The position numbers and the translations under genes are program-made. Under the pieces are notes generated by a model. That model was not told the origin of the DNA, searched no databases, and saw only the letters and a list, made by a program, of their open reading frames with translations. Shown piece by piece: positions 1-10,545 of a DNA stretch of 64,000 nt. The DNA is taken from assembly GCA_905209865.1 (NCBI GenBank), contig CAJLUP010000001.1, forward strand, positions 16,229-80,228, written 5' to 3'. Position 1 is the first letter of the stretch. Each line of letters starts with the position of its first letter. This DNA comes from an uncultured Lachnospiraceae bacterium (lineage in GTDB: Bacteria; Bacillota; Clostridia; Lachnospirales; Lachnospiraceae).

Positions 1-542
1 TGTGCAGAAAAGCAGTCAGACTGATCTATGATAATCTGATCAAAGTCTATGAAAACGGCAGTGATCTTGAAGCGAGACAAAAGATGCAGCAGGCTGCATT
101 TTATGCTGGAAGAGCATTTACAAGAGGAGCAGTCGGGTATGTACACGCTATCGGACATGCGGTGGGAGGTTTGTACGGTACGCCTCACGCAGTGGCGATG
201 GCAGTTCTTCTTCCGCATGTGATGCGGGCATATGGCGAAGCGGCGCATGAGAAATTGGCGGAATTAAGTGATGTGTGCAAGCTTGCTCCGACGGAAGCGC
301 CGGACAGTGTGAAAGCGGACGCATTTATCAGGTGGATCGAGGGAATGAAAGTGCAGATGCAGATTCCGGAATATCCTGAGATGATTAAAAAAGAGGATAT
401 CAGACAGATTGCAAAATGGGCGGAAAAAGAAGCCAATCCTCTTTATCCGGTTCCTGTTATATGGAATCGCCGCGAGTTTGAAAGCTTTATCAGAGGATTG
501 ACGGGAAAAAGGAAAACGGGAGAAGATGATCTTGTTTTTTGA
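1..542 (+). CDS. Iron-containing alcohol dehydrogenase, 3' part (5'-truncated by window edge)
   Basis: Frame open from position 3; GYVHAIGH...PHAVAMAVLLP metal-binding His motifs and C-terminal EANPLYPVP typical of Fe-ADH family. Confidence 0.85.
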   Translation, partial: CRKAVRLIYDNLIKVYENGSDLEARQKMQQAAFYAGRAFTRGAVGYVHAIGHAVGGLYGTPHAVAMAVLLPHVMRAYGEAAHEKLAELSDVCKLAPTEAPDSVKADAFIRWIEGMKVQMQIPEYPEMIKKEDIRQIAKWAEKEANPLYPVPVIWNRREFESFIRGLTGKRKTGEDDLVF

Positions 543-580
543 ATGACAAACGACAATGGAAGGGAAAGGAATCTTGAAAG

Positions 581-1342
581 ATGATAATCGATACACATGC
601 GCATTATGATGATGAACAGTTTGATGAAGATCGTGAGGAGATTCTCGGACAAATGCAGGCTGCCGGAATCGGAATGATCGTGGATGCCGGTTCTACGATC
701 TCGTCATGGGATAAGATTGTAAAGCTGACAGAACAATATCCGTTCATGTACGGCGCTGTCGGTGTTCATCCTGATGAGGTCGGAAGTCTTGATTCAATAC
801 AGTTTGCAAGGATGGAACAGCTTCTTGATAAAGAGAAGATCAAGGCGGTCGGAGAGATCGGTTTAGATTATTATTGGGATAAAGAAAATCATGATCTTCA
901 GAAAGAGTGGTTTGTCAGGCAGCTTGGACTTGCCAGACAGAAAGAACTTCCGGTGATCATTCACAGCCGTGAAGCGGCAGCGGATACAATGAAGATCATG
1001 AAAGAATACGGTTCGGGACTGGGCGGCGTTATCCATTGTTATTCCTATTCTCTGGAGATGGCGAAAGAGTATGTAAAAATGGGATATTATATCGGAATAG
1101 GCGGCGTGGTAACTTTTAAGAATGCAAAGAAACTGAAAGAGGTCGCAAAGGAGATTCCGCTAGAGTCTATCGTGCTGGAAACAGATTGCCCGTATCTTGC
1201 TCCGGTTCCCCATAGAGGGAAGAGAAACAGTTCCCTTTATCTTCCCTATGTGGCGGAAGAGATTGCGGCGTTAAAGGGCGTTGCGGCAGAGAAAGTTATT
1301 TTGCAGACCGAAGAAAACGCGCGGAAGTTATACGGACTCTAG
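581..1342 (+). CDS. tatD: TatD family deoxyribonuclease
   Basis: IDTHAH, GVHP, AVGEIGLDY, IHSREA, IHCY, LETDCPYLAP motifs. Confidence 0.95.
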   Translation: MIIDTHAHYDDEQFDEDREEILGQMQAAGIGMIVDAGSTISSWDKIVKLTEQYPFMYGAVGVHPDEVGSLDSIQFARMEQLLDKEKIKAVGEIGLDYYWDKENHDLQKEWFVRQLGLARQKELPVIIHSREAAADTMKIMKEYGSGLGGVIHCYSYSLEMAKEYVKMGYYIGIGGVVTFKNAKKLKEVAKEIPLESIVLETDCPYLAPVPHRGKRNSSLYLPYVAEEIAALKGVAAEKVILQTEENARKLYGL

Positions 1343-1434
1343 AGAATGAGAAAAGAAAAGGTGCGGGATGAAGAGCACAGAGAAGCAGAAATCCCGCGGA
1401 GTTTTTGAAGAGAAAAGATTTGGGAAGGAAACAT

Positions 1435-2301
1435 ATGAAAGAACCTACGCTTGGCAATCCGCAGAATACGATTGCGGTGCTTCAGAAATATAATTTTATT
1501 TTTCAAAAGAAATTCGGACAGAATTTTCTGATCGATACACATGTTTTGGATAAGATCATCCGTGCGGCAGAAATCGGAAAAGATGATCTGGTGCTTGAGA
1601 TCGGTCCGGGGATTGGAACGATGACGCAGTATTTGGCGTGTGCGGCGAGGAAGGTGATCGCAGTTGAGATCGACAGAGCTTTGATTCCGATTTTGGAAGA
1701 TACGCTTGACGGATATGAAAATGTGCGTGTGATCAATGAAGATGTACTCAAAGTCGATATCCGAAAGTTGGTTGAGGAAGAAAATGAAGGCAGACCGATC
1801 AAAGTTGTCGCAAACCTGCCGTATTATATTACGACGCCGATCATTATGGGGCTGTTTGAAAATCAGGTGCCGATCAAAAGTATTACAGTGATGGTGCAGA
1901 AAGAAGTGGCAGATCGGATGCAGGTCGGACCGGGCACGAAAGACTACGGCGCATTGTCTCTTGCGGTACAGTATTATGCGGAACCGTATATTGTGGCAAA
2001 TGTCCCGCCAAACTGTTTTATGCCGCGGCCGAAAGTCGGATCTGCGGTGATCCGGCTGGAAAGACATGAACGCCCGCCGGTTGAAGTCAAAGATGAAAAG
2101 CTGATGTTCAGGCTCATTCGGGCATCTTTTAATCAGAGAAGGAAAACATTGGCAAATGGATTGAAAAATTCGCCGGAGATCGATTTTTCGAAAGAGGAGA
2201 TCGAAAGCGCGATCGAAAAACTTGGGAAAGGTCCCAGCGTGAGAGGTGAAGCGCTGACGCTTGCAGAATTTGCTGAACTGGCAAATTATTTTTGTGAGTA
2301 G
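1435..2301 (+). CDS. rsmA: 16S rRNA (adenine-1518/1519-N6)-dimethyltransferase
   Basis: KKFGQNFLID, LEIGPGIG, VANLPYYIT, FNQRRKTL; ATG at 1435 follows GGAAGG RBS (TTG at 1405 is less likely). Confidence 0.95.
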   Translation: MKEPTLGNPQNTIAVLQKYNFIFQKKFGQNFLIDTHVLDKIIRAAEIGKDDLVLEIGPGIGTMTQYLACAARKVIAVEIDRALIPILEDTLDGYENVRVINEDVLKVDIRKLVEEENEGRPIKVVANLPYYITTPIIMGLFENQVPIKSITVMVQKEVADRMQVGPGTKDYGALSLAVQYYAEPYIVANVPPNCFMPRPKVGSAVIRLERHERPPVEVKDEKLMFRLIRASFNQRRKTLANGLKNSPEIDFSKEEIESAIEKLGKGPSVRGEALTLAEFAELANYFCE

Positions 2302-2446
2302 AACGGAAACTATTTACAAGATATAGAAAGTTTAAAGTTTACTAACTGCGTCTGCTTCATAAAGATTTAATAGACAGTTTATTGTATAATTCTTTTGTTT
2401 TTAGTATAATAAACAAATATACCAAAAATGAAAAGGAGGAAGTTGT

Positions 2447-3817
2447 ATGGCAAAAAATATAGACAGCATATTTTTTGATATTACTCCGAAGATTGAAGAA
2501 CTTGCTCTTAAGTGTGAGCAGAATAATGCGATCGATAAGGAATTATACACGAAGTATGAAGTGAAAAGAGGTCTCCGGGATCTGAACGGAAAAGGTGTGC
2601 TTGCCGGACTTACGAATATTTCGGATGTGTGCGCATCGAAGATTGTAGATGGGAAGTCTGTTCCGTGTGAAGGAAATCTGTATTACAGAGGTTATAATAT
2701 CAAAGACCTTGTCAAAGGGTTTCTTGAGGCGGATCATTCGGGATTTGAGGAGACAGCGTATCTGCTTCTGTTCGGAGAACTTCCGAATAAAGCACAGTTG
2801 GAGGATTTTCAGAATATGATCGCGGAACGCCGTACGCTTCCTCCGAATTTTGTGCGCGATGTTATTATGAAAGCGCCCAGCCGCGATATGATGAACAGTA
2901 TTACAAGAAGTATTCTTCAGCTTTATTCTTATGATGAAAAAGCGGACGATACAAGTATTCCGAACGTCCTTCGTCAGTGTCTGAACCTGATCAGTCAGTT
3001 CCCGATGCTGATGGTATATGGATATCATGCATATAATTACCGCAGAGGAGAGGATCTTTATATTTATGCGCCGAAGGCGGAACTTTCCACAGCGGAGAAC
3101 ATTTTGATGATGCTTCGTGAAGATCGGAAATATACGAAGCTTGAAGCAGAGATTTTGGATATGGCGCTTGTGCTCCACATGGATCACGGCGGTGGAAACA
3201 ACTCAACTTTTACGACTCATGTTGTTACGTCTTCTGGGACGGATACATATTCGACGATCGCCGCTGCAATGGCGTCCCTGAAAGGACCGAAGCACGGCGG
3301 AGCGAACATCAAAGTGACACAGATGTTCGAGGATATGAAGTCTGTTTTGACAGACTGGGAAGACGAAGATCAGATTCGTGCTTATTTGGAAGCTCTGCTC
3401 GATAAGAAAGCATTTGACCGAAAGGGATTGATCTACGGTATGGGACATGCGGTTTATTCGATCTCTGATCCACGAGCTGATATCTTCAAAGGATTTGTGA
3501 AAAAGCTTGCAAAGGAAAAAGGCCATGAAGCAGAGTACGGTCTTTATGAAAAGGTAGAACGTCTTGCTCCGGCAATTATCGGAGAGAAACGAAAGATGTA
3601 TAAAGGTGTTAATGCAAATGTCGATTTTTACAGCGGACTTGTGTACAGCATGCTTGATCTTCCGCCGTCATTATATACACCGATCTTTGCAGCGGCACGT
3701 ATTGTAGGATGGAGCGCGCACAGACTGGAAGAGCTTAAAAACGTAGACAAGATCATACGTCCGGCATATAAACCGCTCGCGCCATACCGCGATTATATAA
3801 AATTAGATGACAGGTAA
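2447..3817 (+). CDS. gltA: Citrate synthase
   Basis: DHGGGNNSTF, GPKHGGAN, GMGHAVY, NVDFYSG motifs; AGGAGG RBS. Confidence 0.93.
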   Translation: MAKNIDSIFFDITPKIEELALKCEQNNAIDKELYTKYEVKRGLRDLNGKGVLAGLTNISDVCASKIVDGKSVPCEGNLYYRGYNIKDLVKGFLEADHSGFEETAYLLLFGELPNKAQLEDFQNMIAERRTLPPNFVRDVIMKAPSRDMMNSITRSILQLYSYDEKADDTSIPNVLRQCLNLISQFPMLMVYGYHAYNYRRGEDLYIYAPKAELSTAENILMMLREDRKYTKLEAEILDMALVLHMDHGGGNNSTFTTHVVTSSGTDTYSTIAAAMASLKGPKHGGANIKVTQMFEDMKSVLTDWEDEDQIRAYLEALLDKKAFDRKGLIYGMGHAVYSISDPRADIFKGFVKKLAKEKGHEAEYGLYEKVERLAPAIIGEKRKMYKGVNANVDFYSGLVYSMLDLPPSLYTPIFAAARIVGWSAHRLEELKNVDKIIRPAYKPLAPYRDYIKLDDR

Positions 3818-3832
3818 GGAAGCATCAGTGAC

Positions 3833-4774
3833 ATGAGAGACGAGTTTTATTTCCCATCAAAAGACGGTAATACAGAGATCCATACGATAGAATGGAAGCC
3901 TGAGGGCGAGGTGAAAGCAGTATTGCAGATCTGCCACGGAATGGTAGAGTATATCAAGCGATACGATGAATTTGCCGAATTTTTATGTGACAAGGGTTTC
4001 TATGTCGTGGGAAATGATCATTTGGGACACGGAAAGTCAGTACAGGCAAAATCGGAATATGGTTTTTTCAGTGAAAAATATGGTAATGCGTGTGTCCTCG
4101 GCGATATTCATACGCTTCGCCAGCGGACGATGAAGAAATATCCGAACGTTCCGTATTTTATGCTGGGACACAGTATGGGATCTTCGCTTCTGCGTCAGTA
4201 TATTCAGATGTATGGGAAAGGACTGAGCGGAGCGATCATTATAGGCGTGGTTGCCGATCATAAAAAGGCGACGCTTGTGTTTGGAAAACGTCTTTGCAGA
4301 TTGATGGCAGCCGTGCGGGGCTGGCATTATCGCAGTCATTTTGTAGATCGTCTGGCTGTTGGGAATTTTAATCGAAAGTTTAAGCCGTCAAGGACGCGGG
4401 CAGACTGGGTTACAAGCGACAGGGAACATTTGGATGCCTATGTATCGGATCCGCTTTGTTCCTTTGTCTTTACGGTTAACGCGTATTACAGTATGTTTTC
4501 AGGAATGATCAACATGCAGAGAAAGGAAGGCGTCTACATGATTCCGAAAGGCCTGCCGATTTTGTTTGCGGCAGGATCGGAAGATCCGGTAGGAAATTTC
4601 GGAAAAGGCGTCCGTAAAATTTATGAAAAATACAGAGCGGCGGGAATAAGAGATGTATCGCTGCGGCTCTATACCGGTGATCGGCATGAAATCTTGAATG
4701 AATCAGACAGAGAACAGGTATATGATGATTTATTTGAGTGGCTGACAGGACATATGGAAGAGAAAGTGTTATAA
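3833..4774 (+). CDS. Alpha/beta hydrolase, lysophospholipase-like
   Basis: HGMVEY, DHLGHG, GHSMG nucleophile elbow, RHEILNE. Confidence 0.88.
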   Translation: MRDEFYFPSKDGNTEIHTIEWKPEGEVKAVLQICHGMVEYIKRYDEFAEFLCDKGFYVVGNDHLGHGKSVQAKSEYGFFSEKYGNACVLGDIHTLRQRTMKKYPNVPYFMLGHSMGSSLLRQYIQMYGKGLSGAIIIGVVADHKKATLVFGKRLCRLMAAVRGWHYRSHFVDRLAVGNFNRKFKPSRTRADWVTSDREHLDAYVSDPLCSFVFTVNAYYSMFSGMINMQRKEGVYMIPKGLPILFAAGSEDPVGNFGKGVRKIYEKYRAAGIRDVSLRLYTGDRHEILNESDREQVYDDLFEWLTGHMEEKVL

Positions 4775-4831
4775 TAGAACTGTTATTGCCGCAGAAATGC
4801 CGGTGAAATTTGATTGAAGGAGTTATCTGAT

Positions 4832-6223
4832 ATGGAATTGACAACGATTCGGGAATTATTTAAAGACAGAGAATCATATCTTGACAAAAAAGTAACTGTA
4901 GGAGGCTGGGTTCGGAGTCTTCGGGATTCGAAGACATTCGGTTTTATTGTGGTGAATGACGGTTCTTATTTTGAACCGCTTCAGATCGTATACCATGATG
5001 AGATGGAGAACTTTGCAGAGGTTTCAAAATTAAACGTAGGAGCGGCAGTAATCGTGAAAGGTACGCTTGTCGCTACTCCGCAGGCAAAACAGCCTTTTGA
5101 GATTCAGGCGGACGAAGTACAGATAGAAGGCGCGTCTGCATCGGATTATCCGCTTCAGAAGAAACGTCATTCTTTTGAATATTTGAGGACGATTTCTCAT
5201 CTGCGACCGAGAACAAATACATTTCAGGCAGTATTCCGTGTGCGTTCTTTGGCGGCATATGCGATTCATAAATTCTTTCAGGAAAGAGGATTTGTGTATG
5301 TACATACACCGCTGATCACGGGAAGCGACTGCGAAGGCGCAGGAGAGATGTTCCGTGTTACGACACTTGATATGGATCAGATCCCGAAAAATGAGGATGG
5401 AGCAGTAGATTATACAAAAGATTTCTTTGGAAAAGAGACGAGCCTTACGGTGAGCGGTCAGCTTAATGGTGAGACATATGCGCAGGCGTTTAGAAGTATT
5501 TATACATTTGGACCGACATTCCGTGCGGAAAATTCAAATACGACGCGTCATGCAGCGGAATTTTGGATGATCGAACCGGAGATTGCATTTGCTGATCTTG
5601 AAGATGATATGGATCTTGCAGAATCTATGCTGAAATATGTTATTAATTATGTGATCGAGAATGCGCCGGAAGAGATGAATTTCTTTAATTCTTTTGTTGA
5701 CAAGGGGCTTCTTGAAAGACTTAATAATGTTGCAAATTCAGATTTTGCCCGCGTTACTTATACAGAGGCGATCGAGATATTAGAAAAGAATAACGATAAG
5801 TTTGAATATAAGGTTTCATGGGGATGCGATTTGCAGACAGAGCATGAACGTTATTTGACGGAACAGGTATATAAACGTCCGGTATTTGTTACAGATTATC
5901 CGAAGGAAATTAAAGCGTTTTATATGAAACAAAATGATGACGGAAAAACTGTTGCTGCAGTTGACTGTCTTGTTCCGGGTATTGGTGAGATCATTGGCGG
6001 AAGTCAGAGAGAAGATGATTATGAAAAACTGCTTGCCCGTATGAACGAACTTGGTCTTGATGAGAAAGATTATGGTTTCTATCTTGACCTTAGAAAATAC
6101 GGCTCTACAAGACATGCAGGTTTCGGATTGGGATTTGAGCGCTGCGTGATGTATCTGACAGGAATGTCAAATATTCGTGACGTGATTCCGTTCCCGAGAA
6201 CAGTAAATAACTGCGAACTGTAG
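4832..6223 (+). CDS. asnS: Asparagine--tRNA ligase
   Basis: OB-fold [36 protein letters not shown] at 4832 after AAGGAG. Confidence 0.96.
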   Translation: MELTTIRELFKDRESYLDKKVTVGGWVRSLRDSKTFGFIVVNDGSYFEPLQIVYHDEMENFAEVSKLNVGAAVIVKGTLVATPQAKQPFEIQADEVQIEGASASDYPLQKKRHSFEYLRTISHLRPRTNTFQAVFRVRSLAAYAIHKFFQERGFVYVHTPLITGSDCEGAGEMFRVTTLDMDQIPKNEDGAVDYTKDFFGKETSLTVSGQLNGETYAQAFRSIYTFGPTFRAENSNTTRHAAEFWMIEPEIAFADLEDDMDLAESMLKYVINYVIENAPEEMNFFNSFVDKGLLERLNNVANSDFARVTYTEAIEILEKNNDKFEYKVSWGCDLQTEHERYLTEQVYKRPVFVTDYPKEIKAFYMKQNDDGKTVAAVDCLVPGIGEIIGGSQREDDYEKLLARMNELGLDEKDYGFYLDLRKYGSTRHAGFGLGFERCVMYLTGMSNIRDVIPFPRTVNNCEL

Positions 6224-6390
6224 TGAGGAACGCTGTTTGCGGCGGCAGGGATAAGAGGCGTTTTCAGAGAAAGCTTTCAGAGGCTGATTAATATAAACAG
6301 ATAGAGAAGAAGTGTATTATAAGGGCGCGACAGTTGTGTGGCGTCCTTTTGCTACTATATGAAAGAGGTGCGGAAAAGGAGAAATAAAAG

Positions 6391-7443
6391 ATGAGATTTA
6401 TTCATATTGCGGACGTTCATCTGGGGGCAGAACCGGAAGCGGCAGGATACAGCCAAAACAGAGGACGGGAATTGTGGGCATCGTTTGAGAATATAGTACG
6501 GATATGTGAAGCGGAGAAGACAGACCTTCTTCTTATTGCCGGAGATCTTTTTCATAGACAGCCGCTTGTGCGGGAGTTAAAAGAAGTGAATTATTTGTTT
6601 TCGGAGCTGACGCATACGAAAGTTGTGCTTATTGCAGGAAATCATGATTATATGCGGATCGATTCGAATTATCGGACTTTTAAGTGGAATAAAAATGTCT
6701 TTCCGCTGTTTGGAAAAGAGATGGAGCATATCGATTTTCCGGAATTAGAAACTGCTGTATATGGTTTCAGCTATTATGAACGGGAAATTCGAGAGCCGCT
6801 TTATAATGATGCAGAGCCGGCAGGGTTTGAGAAAAATGAAATTTTACTGGCTCATGGAGGAGATGAAACACATATTCCGTTTGACAAAAAAAGGTTGGGC
6901 AAAGCGGGATTTTCCTATATTGCGTTAGGGCACATCCATAAGCCGCAGGCGTTGGAGAAAGATCGGATGATCTATGCGGGAGCGCTTGAACCTATTGATC
7001 AGAATGACGTAGGGCAGCATGGATATGTGAAAGGAGAGATCACAAATGGAAGTACGAGAACCCACTGGATTCCATTTGCGGGAAGAGAGTATATCCATGG
7101 CAAAGTAGAAGTAGATACATTGGATACAGAAGGTAGCATAAAATCCAAAATAAAGCAACTTATAGATGAATATAGAAATAAAAACATTTATAAAATCTTT
7201 CTTAGAGGGAAAAGAGATCCAGATATCATATTCGATGTGGGATATTTGGCAGAAGATGGCTGCATTCTGGCGGTTATAGATGAGACAAGTCCGGCGTATG
7301 ATTTTGAACGGCTTTATGCGGATAACAAAGAAACACTTCTCGGAAGATATATTGAAAAATTCGCAGGATGCGAAGAAGGAAGTGTAGAATATTGCGCGCT
7401 CTGTGAAGGAGTGGAAGCGCTTTTGGCGGGAAACAGAGGATAA
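6391..7443 (+). CDS. Metallophosphoesterase, SbcD/Mre11/YhaO-like DNA repair exonuclease
   Basis: ADVHLG, AGDLF, GNHD, ALGHIH motifs. Confidence 0.88.
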   Translation: MRFIHIADVHLGAEPEAAGYSQNRGRELWASFENIVRICEAEKTDLLLIAGDLFHRQPLVRELKEVNYLFSELTHTKVVLIAGNHDYMRIDSNYRTFKWNKNVFPLFGKEMEHIDFPELETAVYGFSYYEREIREPLYNDAEPAGFEKNEILLAHGGDETHIPFDKKRLGKAGFSYIALGHIHKPQALEKDRMIYAGALEPIDQNDVGQHGYVKGEITNGSTRTHWIPFAGREYIHGKVEVDTLDTEGSIKSKIKQLIDEYRNKNIYKIFLRGKRDPDIIFDVGYLAEDGCILAVIDETSPAYDFERLYADNKETLLGRYIEKFAGCEEGSVEYCALCEGVEALLAGNRG

Positions 7444-7446
7444 ACA

Positions 7447-9072
7447 ATGGTAATAAGGGAGCTTTATATTAAAAATTTCGGGAAATTTTCAGAAAAGCAT
7501 TTTTATTTAAAAGACGGAGTACAAGTGATCAGCGGGGAAAATGAGTTCGGAAAGACAACGCTGCATTTGTTTATAAGAGCGATGCTCTTCGGGTTGGGAC
7601 GAGGCAGGGGAAGAGCGGCGGCGAAAGATGATTTTACGAAGTATGAGCCATGGGACGGCGGCAGTTATGCAGGCGTTATGCGGTTTGAATGTGGCGGGAG
7701 ATGTTTCCGGCTTGAGAGGACGTTTGGAAACGGACAGAAAAGCGGGAAAAAGGTTCTTTTGATCTGTGAGGATGACGGGGAAGAACTGTCACCCGAACAC
7801 GGCGACCTGGAAATGCTTTTGGGTAGTCTGACAGCAGAATTATTTGACAGCACGGTATCTGTCGGTCAGTTGAAAAGCAGACCCGGACAGGCGCTTTCCG
7901 AGGCGCTGGAGAATTACGCTGCGAATTATTACGAGACAGGCGGAGCAGATCTTGACTTAAGAGGCGCGGTGCAGACGCTGAGAGAAAAAAGAAAAAAGAC
8001 AGAACGGGCAATTCGGGAAGAGCAAGAAAAAGAAGAGCGAAAAAGACAGAAGATGCTTCAGGAATGTGAATATTTAGAGCGGGATATGGAGAGCCTTCGC
8101 GGGGAATATGAAGAGAGAAGAGAAGAACTTCACTTATTGAAGAGGTCTGTAAAGATGCGGGAAGAGGAAACGAAGATCGGTACAGAAGAGACAGAAACCA
8201 GAAAAGGTCGGGGGAAACATATTCTTTTCACCGGACTTGGCGGGATTTTTGCCGGCGGGATCGGACTGCTGTGGAGTCGTTTTGCGGCGGTTCGGGCAGG
8301 AGGATTTTCCGTGTCTTTTGCAGGAATTGCAGAGATTTTGCTTTTGATCGGATTAGGGATGTGTGCGATTGGACTGTACGAGGTAAGCAAAGAACTGCGA
8401 GAACGCAAAAAGAGCAGGCAGGATAAGAAATCTGCTGCAAGAGAAGTTGATTTGAACGGGCAGATCGATCAGAATTGCCAAATGGGAGAATTACGGGAAT
8501 CAAGCGAGTTGAGAGAAAAGATCCGTCAGGCGCAATGGCAGATGTCACATCTGCGATCGGAGTGGAAAGAAAAGGAGATCCGTTGTCAGAATATACAGGA
8601 ACAGTGCGGTGAACGGATGGACAGTGAGATCGGAAAGAGGCTGAAAGTGCAGAGAGAAGCGCTTGAAATGGCGGAAGAGGTTCTTATACAGACGGCGAAG
8701 GAAACGTCGGACGCCACTTCGCAGAAGATGAATCTGAGAGCCTCGGAAATCTTTTCTGAGATTACGGATGGCAGATATAGAGGGCTGAAGGCCGACGCAC
8801 ATGAGGGGATCTCTGTTTGGGACGGCGTACGCCGTATTCCGGCGGAGCGTCTGAGCAGAGGAACATTAGAGCAGATCTATTTTGCTGTGCGGATGGCGGC
8901 GGCAGAGATGCTTCTGGAAGAACCGATGCCGCTTATCTTTGACGATGCATTTGCTTTTTATGATGATAAAAGGCTGGAATCTGTTATAAAATGGTTGAGC
9001 CGGCAGAAAAATCAGGTTATAATATTAAGTTGTCACAATAGGGAAGAAAACTTGTTGGGGCAGTTCATGTAA
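7447..9072 (+). CDS. AAA/SMC-like ATPase (YhaN-like) with coiled coils and internal hydrophobic segments
   Basis: IKNFGKF, Walker A GENEFGKTT, signature LSRGT, Walker B LIFDDAF, SCH; paired with the metallophosphoesterase. Confidence 0.82.
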   Translation: MVIRELYIKNFGKFSEKHFYLKDGVQVISGENEFGKTTLHLFIRAMLFGLGRGRGRAAAKDDFTKYEPWDGGSYAGVMRFECGGRCFRLERTFGNGQKSGKKVLLICEDDGEELSPEHGDLEMLLGSLTAELFDSTVSVGQLKSRPGQALSEALENYAANYYETGGADLDLRGAVQTLREKRKKTERAIREEQEKEERKRQKMLQECEYLERDMESLRGEYEERREELHLLKRSVKMREEETKIGTEETETRKGRGKHILFTGLGGIFAGGIGLLWSRFAAVRAGGFSVSFAGIAEILLLIGLGMCAIGLYEVSKELRERKKSRQDKKSAAREVDLNGQIDQNCQMGELRESSELREKIRQAQWQMSHLRSEWKEKEIRCQNIQEQCGERMDSEIGKRLKVQREALEMAEEVLIQTAKETSDATSQKMNLRASEIFSEITDGRYRGLKADAHEGISVWDGVRRIPAERLSRGTLEQIYFAVRMAAAEMLLEEPMPLIFDDAFAFYDDKRLESVIKWLSRQKNQVIILSCHNREENLLGQFM

Positions 9073-9109
9073 ATGGTTAGAAAAAGGGTATTTCAGAGGT
9101 GGAAGTTTC

Positions 9110-10459
9110 ATGAAGATAGCATTACCGCGAAAAGTAATGATAATTATAAAAAATCTGCAGCTCCACGGATACGAAGCGTATGCGGTGGGAGGTTGTGTGC
9201 GTGATTCAATCCTTGCACGAAGACCGAAGGATTGGGATATTACAACATCTGCAAGACCGGAGGAAGTCAAGAAACTGTTCAAGCGGACGGTTGACACAGG
9301 AATTGAACATGGTACGGTTACTGTTTTGCTTGGAAAAGACGGATATGAGGTTACGACTTATCGGATCGACGGCGCGTATGAAGACAGCAGGCATCCGAAG
9401 GAAGTTTTGTTTACGAACAGACTGGAGGAAGATCTTCGCCGCAGAGATTTTACGATCAATGCGATGGCATATAATGATGAAGTACGTTTGGTGGACGTAT
9501 TTGGAGGAATGCAGGATCTTAATCATCATTTGATTCGGTGTGTCGGAGAGCCGAAAGAACGATTTTCTGAAGATGCACTTCGGATCTTGCGGGCGGTACG
9601 GTTTTCTGCTCAGCTTAATTTCCCGATCGAGTCGAAAACGGCTGCTGCGGTCAGAGAACTTGCGCCGACATTGGAACATATCAGCGCAGAGCGAATACAG
9701 GCAGAACTTGTAAAACTTCTTGTGTCGGCACACCCGGAGCGGATACAGGATGCATATGAATTGGGGATTACAAGGGTGATCCTCCCGGAGTGGGATGCGA
9801 TGGAAGGCGTGGCGCAGAATACCCCACATCATAAGTATGATGTGGCTCAACATACGCTTCATGCATTGAAGTATGTGAAACGGAACAAGATCCTACGTCT
9901 TACGATGCTGTTTCATGATATGGGAAAACCGGCGAGAAAGACAACGGATGAGAACGGAAGGGATCATTTTAAAGGGCATGCGCTTGTAAGTGAAGTGATT
10001 GCCCGTGATGTGATGCAGAGACTGAAGTTTGATAATGACACGATCAAGAAAGTGACCCGGCTTGTCTGCTTTCATGATTATCGGGTGGAAGCGACTCCGG
10101 CAAACGTACGGCGGGCAATGAACCGGATCGGCGTCGATCTGTTCCCGTATTATCTGGCGGTTCGGCTGGCGGATGTGAAGGCGCAGAGTTCGTACAGAAG
10201 GCGGGAGAAGATCGAGAATATTGTTGCCATGAGAAAGTATTATCAGGAGGCAATCATAAAGGAAGAATGTGTGACGCTTAGACAGCTTGCCGTTGGTGGA
10301 AGAGATCTGATGGCGCTTGGCATGAAACCCGGAGTTGAGATCGGAAGAATGTTAAGTGAACTGCTTGAATATGTCATTGATCATCCGGAAGAAAATGATA
10401 AGAAAAAATTGTGTGAATATGTAAACAAAAAAATATCTCAGAAGAACGAAAACAACTGA
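9110..10459 (+). CDS. cca: CCA-adding tRNA nucleotidyltransferase (with HD domain)
   Basis: VGGCVRD, DWDITT, RRDFTINAMA, EDALRILR, HH...FHDMGK. Confidence 0.93.
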   Translation: MKIALPRKVMIIIKNLQLHGYEAYAVGGCVRDSILARRPKDWDITTSARPEEVKKLFKRTVDTGIEHGTVTVLLGKDGYEVTTYRIDGAYEDSRHPKEVLFTNRLEEDLRRRDFTINAMAYNDEVRLVDVFGGMQDLNHHLIRCVGEPKERFSEDALRILRAVRFSAQLNFPIESKTAAAVRELAPTLEHISAERIQAELVKLLVSAHPERIQDAYELGITRVILPEWDAMEGVAQNTPHHKYDVAQHTLHALKYVKRNKILRLTMLFHDMGKPARKTTDENGRDHFKGHALVSEVIARDVMQRLKFDNDTIKKVTRLVCFHDYRVEATPANVRRAMNRIGVDLFPYYLAVRLADVKAQSSYRRREKIENIVAMRKYYQEAIIKEECVTLRQLAVGGRDLMALGMKPGVEIGRMLSELLEYVIDHPEENDKKKLCEYVNKKISQKNENN

Positions 10460-10481
10460 TAGAAAGATCAGAAAAGAATGG

Positions 10482-10510
10482 TTATAATCGCCCTCTGTTG
10501 TTCATACATT
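10482..10510 (+). promoter_or_regulatory. Putative sigmaE-type promoter of cotS-like gene
   Basis: ATA (10484-10486), 16 bp, CATACATT (10503-10510), matching the sigmaE consensus, upstream of a spore coat gene. Confidence 0.6.
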
Positions 10511-10545
10511 AAAAAGAGTCATAATGTAGAAAACAGGGGGCAGTT

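Noticed and set aside
4775..4831. T-box leader for asnS
   Set aside because: Intergenic gap is under 60 bp and has no T-box motif.
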